Assembly: GCA_964016885.1 (NCBI GenBank)
Contig: OZ024743.1
Coordinates: 42,904,001-42,968,000, forward strand
DNA: 64,000 nt
Source of the DNA: Eledone cirrhosa
Taxonomy: Eukaryota
Direction: 5' to 3'
A model generated the notes under the pieces. That model saw only the letters and a list, made by a program, of their open reading frames with translations. It had not been told where the DNA came from and did no database searches. Below are positions 40,301-52,900 of the stretch, in pieces. The first letter of the stretch is position 1, and every line of letters starts with the position of its first letter. Made by a program: the position numbers and the translations under genes.

Positions 40301-41036
40301 TAGGATATCTACCAAATCTTGTCCTAGCCCGTCAGCATTCATGTCCTCAGTGGCCGTATCTCTGTTCCAGGTATTATTTATCTCTAAAGTACCAGTAATG
40401 CACTGGGATAATTGCTGGCCTTGTGCCAAAAGTAGAAACAATTATTTATCTCAGCATTCAGATCATTGTCTGTTTCGGCTGGTTCCTCCGTTCTCTCGAC
40501 CTCTTCACCTTCATTTCCCACTGGCTCGTTTGCCTGGCATACTCCACCCTCCATCTCCAAGCTAATCTCTCTGCTCAGTTCCTCCAGTTCCAGCTCGCTT
40601 ATCCACCCATTAGTTCTTATTACCCGAGCCTGCCCTGCCAGTTTTGTTCATCTAATTTAAATGGACCAATCTCGTTCCAGATGCTTTGCATCCTTTTCCT
40701 ATAGCCTTTCTCCATTGTGTTACTTTTCAGGTAACATTGCATAACAGTTCTGTTCAATTCTTTCGTCCAGTTGGTTCTGGTCCCTTTCCTTCTTCTTCTT
40801 CCTCCGACACCAGCAGTATTTGTTTGAGAGCCAGGTCCCTGCTGCTGAGCCAGGGAGCACCTGTTGGGTGAGAGTCTGTCACATGACATTCTAGTCTCCA
40901 TTTCACCGTTATTCGAACTGTTTAGGTTCGACATTTAAACACTCTTATCGAGGCTTGGCGAATGTATGGTTACATAACCACCGGTGAATTACTTGTCTCC
41001 GATGGTTTCGTCACTCCACGTGACTTTTGTGTGGCA
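37380..41036 (-). mobile_element. Near full-length R4/Dong-type LINE family A, disrupted (partial copy at 61270-64000)
   Basis: N-terminal WTKELN..VMQCY...GYRKRM..IW from 40934; NWKSPGPDG, FRPITCL, IDYKKAFD, FMDDLKL, ETVAHIVSEC, RHD, RPD..DVACP. (TAA)n tail. Confidence 0.92.
40385..40440 (+). mobile_element. 5'-truncated SINE tail inserted in the R4 ORF
   Basis: Matches the 3' end of the 871 SINE. 12 bp TSD attatttatctc at 40373-40384 and 40441-40452. Confidence 0.85.
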
Positions 41037-41044
41037 TTATCACG

Positions 41045-42080
41045 CTGTAGACGAACCCAAATAAACAAACAAACAGACAGAAAAAAACCCAAAAATGAAT
41101 AAGCATAAGTTTCATTGTAATGTAGTGTTTCAATGTCTGACTTAGTTTTTCCCTTCCCTTCTCTGTCCATCCGTTTGTTTTTCTCTTCATTTTTATTTCC
41201 TTTACGTTTTTCGTTGTTGCTGTGCTGCTTTGATTTTTATTTTTATTTTTTTTTATTTTGACCGGGTCATCAATTCAGTCTATTTATATATTTTGATGCC
41301 TTCCTCTTTTAGTGGGAATTCTACAATGTAGCAGGGGGTAGCGGGAGAGAATAGTGGCGGTAGTGATATTGAGGCAGCGGCGGCGGCGGTGGTGGCGGTG
41401 CTGTGCTAGCAGCAACTAGCAGGAGGTAGTGGGAGAGAATAGCGGCGGTAGCGATAGTGAGGCAGCGGTGGTGGTGATGTGGTCGTATTAAAGTAGTGAT
41501 GGTGTTGAAGTTGGAGTAGAAATTTGAGTCGACTTGACCAGAGTTTTCATCATGGTAGTGGTGGTGGTATTGGTGGTGAAATTATCTTTAGTGAAATTAT
41601 CGTTAGTCGTTAATTCCATAATATTGGAATTAAACATTTTGTTAAAACTAAAACTTGAGGCAATAGTAATAGTAATTATTATTATTATGCTGAGATTGGT
41701 GGTGGTGGTGGTGGTGAAATTGCCGTTATCGGGCTGTTGTGTTTAGTGTACACATAGGGTGATGGGGTAGGTGGTGTATCTAGTTTATGATGTTGGTGAA
41801 ATTGCTGTTATTTGGCGGTTCTATATAGTGTAGACAGAGGGGGTTTTCTTCCATTTATAACCATTTTCTTTTTTGAATATAAAATGTATAATGCAAAATT
41901 GAATATTTGAGCGATATAACAATATATTGTGGATCCGAATTTTTGGGGACTCAAGCTGGATGTTTTATGCAACATTTGTACTAAGAATTGTTATTTTACA
42001 ATTGATTTAAATATGTTAAAAAATCAAAACTTACGGGAGCGATTTCTCGACCTTTTATCCACCATGTGTGTCTTCTTCCC
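41045..42080 (-). mobile_element. Degenerate ORF1-like element (possible Tx1-like family C)
   Basis: Begins after (TAA)n on the - strand. Thr/Asn/Ala runs and a Lys-rich patch resemble ORF1 of families A and B. Its 5' ~70 bp recurs at 29490-29556. Confidence 0.4.
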
Positions 42081-42102
42081 TATTATTATTATTATTATTA
42101 TG

Positions 42103-42141
<39 letters not shown>

Positions 42142-45100
42142 GGCCGCACATGTGTGAAGACAGACAAGTCTGCGGGGGAAAAGGTTCGTAGCTTTAAGCT
42201 GTTTTAAAGTGTCTTTTTTTTTGTATTTTCTTGTCATTAACGAAACTTAAGGTACACATCTTGATTTAAAGAGAGGGATACCTCTCAATATTCGGGCTTT
42301 AAGCCCGAATATTCAGATTTATTTTTTAAAAACTTCGAAAAAAATTGCTTCCCCACCAAAAGAAAATTATGGAAATTTTCGACCTTGAAACGGTAAACAA
42401 CGTTCAGGTAAAAAGTTTAAAGGCAGCGACTACAGATTTCACCACGACTACGACAGCTACAGTCATGCCTGTCATCCACTCTACTGAATGTGAAGGCAAA
42501 ACTAAAAAGCTACCATCACAACCTTCTGCCATAGCAGCAGTATCATCTGAAAACGACATCACCACCACCGCCACCGCCACCACCACCTCCACCACCACCA
42601 CAACAACAACTCAGAGCAATAACGACAATAACACCGACAGCTTCAATGTAAACAAGGATGCCGGTGGCAACAGCAAGAATGACAACAACAACAATAAGAG
42701 CATCAAAGACACCACATTTGCTGCAGCAGCAGCAAAAACAAAGCGCTTATTGAATATTGATATTGATATTAGCGATAAAGACGAACAGTTGGCCAAAGCG
42801 TGGAGGCTAATTAAACGGGAGAAGTCCTGGGCAAACCTGACCATCCCGGACGAGGCAATAGCCGCCATGCAAAGGAGAACGGTGCTCTTTCGATGTATTT
42901 AGGTGCAGACACGAAAAGTGGAACTTGCGAGCCAAGCAGAGGTAGAGGCTGCTTTGGAGTACATCAGATGTAACATAGAGTACAAAACAAGAGGCAAACA
43001 GCTCGGTACCATCTCGGTACTGTTCAAAACCGAGGCCCTCGCTATTAAGCACTCGGTGACCCCCTGCAGAACGGAACGCATTATCATGCATCCGTCCTAT
43101 ATGGGTAAAAGGACAGTGAAGGTACGCATTCCCAGCATCCCACCAGGAATGAACATATGGTGGCTGCTGGGATGCGTAATCGAGGAGGGGACAGACACCA
43201 CCCCCCTGGACATCAAAAGGACAAAGAGAGAGGACTGGTCCGGAATGGATTTGGAGATTCTTCTCCAAATGAAACCGGAGGATATGAATAACATCCCAGA
43301 TTTTGCCCGCCTGCAGGACGGGACAACAATCCAACTAATGATTGACGGAAGAAGGCCACGCTGCTTCGTTTGCGGGGAAGCAAACCATCTTCAAGCCTTC
43401 TGCCCTCAGCGCAAAAATGCAGGGGGTCGCAAACCTCCTTTGTTGCCAACGCCAGTGTCAGCACGGAAAGCTGCACCACCACCACCACCAAAAAGAACAT
43501 CAACAAAAACACGGACACCAACATCAAAAGCAGCCGGATCACCACCAACACCAAAACCAATCCAAGGAGAAAACGAGGAAAGCTCTCCCACTCCCCCTAC
43601 CCCCCCCCCCCACAATTATACACATAGACAAACAAAAATAAACGCACACACAGACACAGAGACACTCACAGACACAGACCCTTTGTCTTCCAGCAGCGAA
43701 AATAAAGGAAAACCCAAAAGTGCAAAAAAAACAGAGAAAACTCACAAAAAAAAAAGCCCAAACAAAACACAAAAACACACAACAAAAAATACAGACACCA
43801 CTAACGCAAACACTTCCCCAATAACATCAGCACCATCAGCAACATCGACACCATCTCCCCAATCCCCGAAACGCAAACAACCTAAACAAACACAAGTACA
43901 AATAAACACACAAATACCTGAAATTGCAGACACCACACCTACAACAAACATAGACATACCCGAAACAACACCACCAAAACCATCGCCAACACCTTCACCA
44001 AAACGAAAACAGATAAAACCACATCAACAAAATGTTAAAAACTTCGTGCTTGTGAGAAGGGCCAACGATAAACTGATGGCCCTCTTAGCGCGAAGCGAGG
44101 ACATTCAAACAGAGGGGGAGATTTTTGAAATTAGCACATTTTGCGTGCCAGAAGATTTGCTTCTGGTCCGAATGTCACTCAATTCCTTCAAAGAAATTCG
44201 AGAGAGCTTTCCTCAAGACGTGGGAAACCCGAATGTGAAACCCACATCAAGACTTTTAAAGGGGTTCCCAAAAGAAACCCCACCAACCATGGCGGTCGAA
44301 CCACCCGACCTTCACAAGACCCGGGAGGTAAGTAAACCTTCCCTCTCTCTCTCTTAGCTTACCAATATGGCCATATTAAGAGTAGGAAGTTTAAATGTTC
44401 GCGGCCTGGGGTCACCCTGGAAGCAGGGTCGCCTGCTCAACGACCTCCTGTCGCTGGAAATGGATGTGATTGCCGTAAGCGAGACCAGAATTTCCGACAC
44501 GCGCGCACTAGCCCCCATTTTCGACGACTATCAGATCTTCGCATCTGTTAGCAGGCCGGGAATGGGGGGTGGGGTGGCAGTGCTGTTTAGGAAAGGACTG
44601 AATCTCGAGGTAAGGTCGATCTTCCGGGACCCGGTCGGTAAGTTGGTGTTCATGGATGTGAGCAGTAGCGAAGGTGGTGCCTTTAGACTGCTGGCCGTCT
44701 ACGCCCCTACAGGGGCCGGGCGACCTGACTTCTTTAGGCGCCTGGAGACCTTTCTGGGTACGTCTCGCCCTTTACTGTTAACGGGGGACTGGAATGGCAT
44801 CTTAGACGCACGCTGGGATTGTGTGGGAGTAGCCGATAGGAGCAGGGGTGCAAAAGCCTCAAGCACCTACTCAGCCAGTTCCAACTGTCTGACAGGTATC
44901 GACTAGATTTCCCCAATGTGCCAGTATGGACATGGACCAACCGAATGGGGTCATCTAGATCGTATATAGACAGAATCTTCATTAGGAAAATAGATAGAAA
45001 TAGTGTGGGCTGTCCACTTTTTAAAACGGTCGCCTATTCAGATAACAAATTTGTGATCTGTACGGTCGACCTAAATAAAACGCGTAGCTTAGGACCGGGT

Positions 45101-46536
45101 TACTAGAAGCTGAACATGTCATTTCCGGCACGTGAGGCTTACAGGGACCGAGTCAACAAGTTAGTTAAGCAAAAGTTGACAGGGGAGATCATCAACAACA
45201 GATGGTGGGGGGGCTCTCAAAAGAGAGATTAGAGTAACTTCGATAGAGTTCAGCAAAGAACTAGCGTTAGAGAAAAATAGAAAGGAGGGGGAGCTGGTAG
45301 ATAAGTTAGACGAGGCTATTTGTAGTGGCATCGCAACTGACGTGCTAGCGGCGAGAATGGCATTAGACCATTTCTTCAATGCCAAACACGAAGGTTGCAT
45401 TGTCAGAGCTAAGGCGCGTGCGCTGAGAAACGAGGGAACTAAAGCTGTTCGATGGACCCGCGTGGTGGAGGCGGAGCGTGGTAATAAAACCACAATTCGG
45501 TCTTTGGCGGACCGAGACGGACAAGAGATAAGCGATTCCAAGCGGATGTGTGAGGCCTTTCGCCAGCACTTTGCTCGGTTGTTCAGGGAGAGTGGCGAGT
45601 CAGAGAGAGTAGCGGATTTCAGTCCCTACTTGACGGCTTTCCGCGCATCTCGACGGTCGTCGCTAAGCGCTGCGAAAGGCCGATTACTTCAGCCGAAATT
45701 CAGGACGCCCTTGTCGGCTGCATGAGGCGCAAGTCACCCGGTTTGGATGGCCTGCCCTACGAGCTTTACGTAAATATGCCAGACTCGTTCTCCGAACTCC
45801 TCGAAGCACTCTACTGTAACTGGCAGCAGAATGTAAGTATTCCCAGTTCTGTGAGCAGGGGAGTGGTGACGCTGATAAGGAAAGACGAGAACAAGAGGGA
45901 TACATTAGACAACTTCAGGCCCATAACTCTGCTCAACACAGAGTTTAAGATTTTGGCCAAGGTGTTAGCAAAGAGATTGGCGCTTGTCGTCGTGGATTTG
46001 GTTGGGGAGGCGCAAACTTGCGCAATCCCAGCCAGGTCCATACACGATAATCTCCACCTCATGCGATACATCATAGAGAGGGTAGGGTGTAAACCTGACT
46101 TCGGTGGGGCACTGATTAATTTAGATCAATCGAAAGCATTCGATAGGGTCGACCATCGGTATCTGGAGTTTGTCCTCAAGCAGCTGGCTTCGGCCCTGTC
46201 TTTAGAAGCTGGATTGTTGCAATGCACAGCGGCACACGCTCGGTGGTCAAGGTTAATGGCCACCTCTCGGAACCATTTCGGCTCTCCCGATCGCTCCGTC
46301 AAGGGTGCCCTCTCTCTTCCCTTCTGTACGTATTGACTCTCGAGCCTTTACTGCGTGGGGTACCCGAATCAGCCCAGGGTCGTCGACCCCCAATCGGGGA
46401 ATATATTTTGTTATGTTTATGCATAGTTTATTTTATATTTTTATGTTTTCATTGTTAAATTAGACTTGCCATTGTGCACTTTTACTCGCCCTTATTGTAA
46501 ACCCCCACTGTCCCTGTCTTTGTATTGTCCCCTACA
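42142..46536 (+). mobile_element. L1/Tx1-type LINE family B, internally deleted
   Basis: Starts gg after (ATT)n. ORF1 to 44357 (CFVCGEANHLQAFC). ORF2 from 44367 has APE and RT motifs up to LEPLLR (~46356), then jumps to 3' UTR. Confidence 0.9.
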
Positions 46537-47130
46537 TGACTTGTGGGTTTATGTCGAACACCTGCTGTCACGTGTAGGACGGATCCAGCTATCAGCTGAG
46601 TCCATCGTGAGGATTGCCCCGCCCCCTTCCTTTCGCCGGGAAGGGCAGGCAGTTTTTATCTGTCTGGTGGCCATGGCGAAAGAGATAGTATGGTGGACAC
46701 GTTTGAAAGGGCTGAAGACGAGCACTTACCTCTTCGGTGATGCCCTGATTAACTTTTTCAAATTTCATTTGAAAAGGAAAATCAGGGTAGAGAGGGAAGT
46801 GCTCTCTTCCCAGCATTTTGTTGAAAGATGGGTGAGAGAAGCAAGTATGGCCCGAATGAATGGGCCTTCTCTGAGTATGTGTCTGTAAATTAAAGGTGGA
46901 AAACTGGGAGAGGGCACTTGCCCTGGTGGTCAGGGCCACTGTGGTCTTTTAATGGGCTTTCTCCACAAATGTCCCTTGGAAGTCTCCCCCCTTTTGGGGA
47001 ATTTTTCTTGGTTATTTTATTTCAACCTCTGTTTTTTTACACGCAGAAATGCCCATTTGTACCGTCCTGTATTGTCCTGTACTGTCCTTAATGTCTACTT
47101 TATGTGAACCCTTGTGGTTAATAAAGAACA

Positions 47131-47131
<1 letters not shown>
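46537..47131 (+). mobile_element. 5'-truncated Tx1 family A copy
   Basis: Near-identical to 36717-37313; (TTA)n tail. Confidence 0.92.
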
Positions 47132-47181
<50 letters not shown>

Positions 47182-47184
<3 letters not shown>

Positions 47185-47711
47185 AGTTGCATTTATCTTG
47201 CTTTATGTTCATACGAGTTATCACCAAGTCACAACCAGTGACCTCAAAGACAACAAGGTCCGCCATGTTCAAGAAAGAACATACATACTCACACATGCAT
47301 CTTTAGTGTTTAGACTTGTGATGTAATTATATTGACAGAATCTTCCTTAGTATATGGGCAGTTCCCATTAGTACTATCTTTTGTATTTCTCCTATACGCG
47401 GGTTTCCTGGGATTTGCGATAATTAATCATTAGACCCCTTAGGTATCATTCCCAGAGCGCCTACAACCACTGGTATTGTTTTAGTTCTCAATTTCCACAT
47501 TTTTCCAATTTCTATCTCCAGGTCCTTATACTTGCTCAATTTTTCAAATGTTTTTATATATACATTCTTGTCTATTGGAACGGACATATCAATTACCAGG
47601 CATACCCTCTTTTTAAAGTCCTTCAATATTATATCAGGTCTATTTGCATCTACTTTTCGGTCTGTTTGGATGCTAAAGTTCTACAAGATTGAGATGTGAT
47701 CTTTTTCAAGT
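47182..47711 (-). mobile_element. R4/Dong family B, 3' fragment
   Basis: Closely matches 29570-30100; (TAA)n on both sides. Confidence 0.9.
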
Positions 47712-47751
47712 ATTATTATTATTATTATTATTTTAAAGTATTATTATTTTA

Positions 47752-47791
<40 letters not shown>

Positions 47792-48892
47792 GGCGACCTA
47801 CGTAGTAAATCGTATCATCGTGAGCTCCGCAAAGGTTTGTTATTTCCGTTTGTTAAAAATTGCCATTTATGGAAAATTTTATTGTTAACTGTTTATAAGC
47901 ACACATACATTGTTTTCCGAAAAGGACACCCAAAAAGATTGGGGCCTTGTGCCCAAAATTTTAACTTTTATTATTATCCAAAAATTTCTTTGAAAAAGAA
48001 TGGCTAATTCCCCTCTGCACGAAGCAGCTGAAAGCCTTCCTCACAAAATAACACCTTACACCGACACCACCATTGTAAATGTTACTACGTTTGCCGACAC
48101 AAAAAAAAATATAAGCAGTAGCAATATTTTAAATTTATCTCAGGTAGACATTCATTTCCCGCCATTACCAATGACTGCAGGTGTTAAAACCTCCATCACC
48201 ACCACCGCGACAACCCCCCCCCCCCCCCCCACCGCCACCGCGACAACAGAAACAAAAGAAGAAAAAAATAAATTAACTCGTGATGTCGAAATGAAATCAA
48301 GCAAAATGGACTCTTCCCCACCAAAGACGAATGACGTCACCACCACCACAACTGAAACAAAAATTAAGATTAACACAAATAACGATAGCAACAACAACAA
48401 CAATGACATTATAAAACCGACCCTCAGTTTCGCCAGAGTAGCAAAACAATTCGAAGCGTTCACGGTAACTCAAGAAGATTTAGAAAATGCCAAACAAATG
48501 GTAAAGAAAGATGGGTACAGGGTCAGCCTCACCCCCCACCTAATAAAATGGAGCATCGGCGCCTGTGCACCGTGTCGTATAGAACAATAAATGTAAAATC
48601 GCGCCGAGTGGAACGGGCATCCGAGTCCTAAATCCAAAAAGCTTTGGGACATGTGTGGGCAAGAAAAACCCACATCAGACGTGGGCAAAAGTATGGAGTC
48701 ATGGATGTGTTCTTTGAAACACCAGAGGAGGCTAGAGAACACTCCATGGCCCCATTAAAAAGTGACGACCTCACACTCGTCCCAAGCTATTGTGGCCAGA
48801 GACTCGTAAAGATCAGGGTGACCCACGTTCCACCGGCCATCGAAATTCCCTGGCTAATAGCGGCTGTCCTCGCCGGCATCGAAGCCAACACG

Positions 48893-48895
<3 letters not shown>
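47792..48895 (+). mobile_element. Tx1 family A, 5' fragment, cut at the duplication junction
   Basis: Diverged paralog of 31414-32515. Breaks off at IEANTKI into (TA)n. Confidence 0.92.
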
Positions 48896-48940
<45 letters not shown>

Positions 48941-49187
48941 TGGGCCGGCCACCGCTCTGTAAACTTAGTTCCTGTTTGTTACTGGAATTCTATAAGAATC
49001 CAACATACATAGTTTTCGGCAGACAGGGAGAGTACTGAGTTTTGACAAGTACCAATCAGCGCTGTCAAATTATCTCCCCCTGCCTGCCGAAAATTTAAGT
49101 AAGCGACAATGTCGCTACTTTAAAATAATAGCGTATGGTCTTCAAAAGGCATTTAATTAAGCATACAGTGTATTGCAATATACACTA

Positions 49188-49230
<43 letters not shown>

Positions 49231-49382
49231 TGTACCCTTGAAATATATATAATAGAATAAATATGGTTTTATAAATATAGTTTCCATTTATTTAATATCA
49301 TTGAATATAATACTCCAGAAATCTGTTGAGTTATAAACATTTATATTTGTTGAATTACCAACAAAATGAATATCCCTTTTGT

Positions 49383-49513
<131 letters not shown>

Positions 49514-49717
49514 ATAATAATAAATGTGAAGACTAAAATCCAAAGAGGACTCGATAAGGATAATATATATATCAACATATATAAATAGAGCAAATATTTA
49601 TTAAGCAAAGCATCGTTAAGGGTGAAAGGAGCGATTCTTTGATTAAACTTTAATCTGTTATTTTAATATATATATATATATATTTATATATGTGTGTGTG
49701 TGTATGTGTGTGTGTGT

Positions 49718-49792
<75 letters not shown>

Positions 49793-49899
49793 TGTGTGTG
49801 TGAAGACATTATGTAGATGCTATATATACACCTCTAGAATCTACATAATATATAGAATACATGCATATATTACATAACTATTTCCAATAGTCAAGAAGT

Positions 49900-49948
49900 G
49901 CCCCAGCATGGCCTCAGCCGGATGGCTGAAACAGGTAAAAGAGTAAGT
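49900..49948 (+). mobile_element. Short retroposon-tail-like insertion unique to duplicate copy 2
   Basis: Absent at ~26078 in copy 1. Sequence gccccagcatggcc..ctgaaacaggtaaaagagt, with aagt duplicated. Confidence 0.7.
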
Positions 49949-52900
49949 AAACCTGAAAATGCTCTTAAGTATAATTATAAATGATTATCCCCTTACCACA
50001 GGACAATTCTAATTGTGATCGAAACTAGATAGAGAAAAGACGCAGTATACGTCTGAATAAATTAGTAATATTTACAATGAGTAAATCATAACTTGAATTT
50101 ATTAACCCTTTAGCATTTCATTACTTTATATATACTATTGTATTTTTGTGGTAAAGGCTTTACCTTACATAATAATCTCACATAATATCGAATATATGAG
50201 ATTTTGATGTTATTTATTTTGAGAAAAGTAACATAATGTCAGTATGACTGGCCGGATACGGCCAGCTTTAACAGAAAGAATTGAGAGAATTCTGGCCGGA
50301 TACGACCGGTTTAAATGCTAAAGCGTTAAACCTTAGACAACAATATCTCTAGATGCTAAAACACAATCCTATTACATAATACACAATGAAATGTAGTAGA
50401 AATAAATGTTTTTCAACCAGAGTAAACTCAGGTTTAACAGACCTGCTATATAATTCCAGTTATTATTTAAGAGATTTGACGGCGGTGGATCGGCAGTATC
50501 GGTTGAGCGTCGGACAACATGCTTGGTTACATAGAGTTATGGCCCTTTACGTGATTTGTTCAAATCCCACTGACGTTAGTTTTGGCTTTCATCTTTACGG
50601 CATCGATGAAATAAAGTCCCAGTCATGAACTGTGGTCGATTTAGACGACTTTCTCCTCTCTCAAAATTGGTCGTCTTATTCCTAATGTAGAAGCAATTAT
50701 TTAACAGATTCTTTTCCAGACAGACAAATAAACAAATTGTCTCCAAAATATTGAAGCATTCGATGGTCCAACTAGAAGAGTTGCGGATGGAAGCGAAATC
50801 AATCTGCTTTCACTCTAACAAAATAAAACAGTTTTATATAAGAACTAGCTTCAAAGTGCTATAGTTTACCACACTATCTCCATATTGCCAGTTCCATATT
50901 TCTATAGTGTGCTACCCTAGCCCCACCGTGCAATAGTGCAGCAGCTTTGCAATCTTGCACCCTTGCTTCAAAGTGCCATATTTTCCCCATTGACTCCATA
51001 TTGCCGTATTTCCATATAGTGTCATTGAAGCAGCCCAGTTCCATAGTGTTCAACTCTAGCTCCGCAGTGCCATAGTGCGGCACTTTAGCTCCGAAATGCT
51101 ATAGTGCGGCACTCCAGCTTCAAAGAGCCAAAATACTTTTATTTATATAGATTTAAGATATCTGATTTACTCTGCATAAAAACCTTTAAAGATCGCTAGA
51201 AATTTACATCCTACCAGTTGTGTTATATGGTCTTGACTGTGTTAATTGGACGATAAGGTCACTTCAGAAGCTCTCTAAATTCCAGAACCACATCATGAGA
51301 CTTATGTCTGGCAAATGTCTCAGCAACCCTATCTCTATCAGTGAGCGGCTCAACATTACCAACCTTAGACCAATTACATCAATTGTTAAGTCAAGAGTAC
51401 TCAAACTATAGGTCCATATAAAAAAATCAACCCGTGGTGTGAGTAGATTATGCCTGGAAGGAAGATTGGCTGGTAAGAGAAGCAAAGGCCGGCAGCCAAA
51501 ACGATGGACTGAACTTGCTCTTTGTTCTTTCAACTCTGCTGCTGGTGATCGAACTTTGTGGAGAGAGATATCACATGTTAATGCGCAGTCTACAACTGGC
51601 GAAGTTTAGCGTCACAAGAAGAAGAACTTTCCAATTCCATTTTATTCTCATTCTGTCCCTTTTTCCTTCCACTTCTATTTTAAAACCACTACACAGGTGT
51701 CACTCATCGCATATTTCCATCCCCAGGAACTCGATATTTAACTTTGGTGGATATATATATATACACCCTCCCCATATATATATGTGTGTGTATGTGTGTG
51801 TGCGGGTCTCTATGCCTGTGTGTGTTTGTGTTAGTTAATTCCGTATCTAAAGATATACGATATGTTTAATAAATGAGCATTTTGAAAGCCCAGCTTCATA
51901 TATTGAAAAGCTGACGAGCAGCGCTGTCTAGCAGATTTTAGCAGCAACGGGGAAAGTCCTCTAGAAAACCCTAGCCGTCAGCCTTTCAATAGTCAAAATG
52001 TGTATTTATTAAACCTACCGTATATCTTTAAATATAGAGTTAAACCTCCAGCTATTGCTGGTACTCTTTTTCAGCTGAGTAAACTGGAGCAACGTGAAAT
52101 AAAGTGTCTTGCTCAAGGAAACAACACATCACCCGGTCCGAGAATTGAACTCACAACCTTTCGATTGCAAGCCTAATGCTCTAACCACTAAGCCATGCGC
52201 CTTTATAAGGTTGCACGTGTTTGAATAAGTGTATACTATATAACGTCTTCTTCAAATATTTAATTTCTTTCAACCGAATATTCTTTAAATCTTCATAGAA
52301 TATTATCAGATTTATCTTCCTTTCTTCTTTTTCACATTCCTTCTCGGTCCCACCCGCCTCTTCTCTTCTCTTGTACATCTGTAAGCTGTCTATTATCAAA
52401 GTAACCTAATAACTTGTTCATGGTAGATTCGTGAAACCATATCATTTGTTTCAGTCAAGTAAAATATTTCTTTCTCACTATATATTTAACCACAATTTGA
52501 TAATCCTCTTTTATATTATCCCAACAATAATGCCATGACACCAACGGACTCTAATTGTATATTCTCAACTGCTTCTGACCATTTTTTATAGTAAATGTAT
52601 TTGAAAGAATAAGGAACCTAGCTTCTGTAGAATGATATATATGTGTCCTTATGTGTTCGTGTGTGCCTGTCGGTATGTGAGCAATGCATTTTACTGGCGT
52701 GACAAATACAAATTCATATCGTTAAGTAATAGTAGTAATAGTAGTAGCAGTAGCAATGGTAGGAAGAGCAGCAGCAACAGCAGAAGTAGTAGTAGTAGTA
52801 CTAGTAGTAGCAGTAGTAGTAGTAGTAGCAATTGTAGTAACAACAGCAGCAACAACAGAAGTATTATTTTATTATTATTCTTCCTTGAGTCTCAGACATT

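Noticed and set aside
40940-41036. Ribozyme in the R4 5' UTR (gtcac..gtgac-GAAA)
   Set aside because: No CUGANGA, no UH site and no evident HDV fold.
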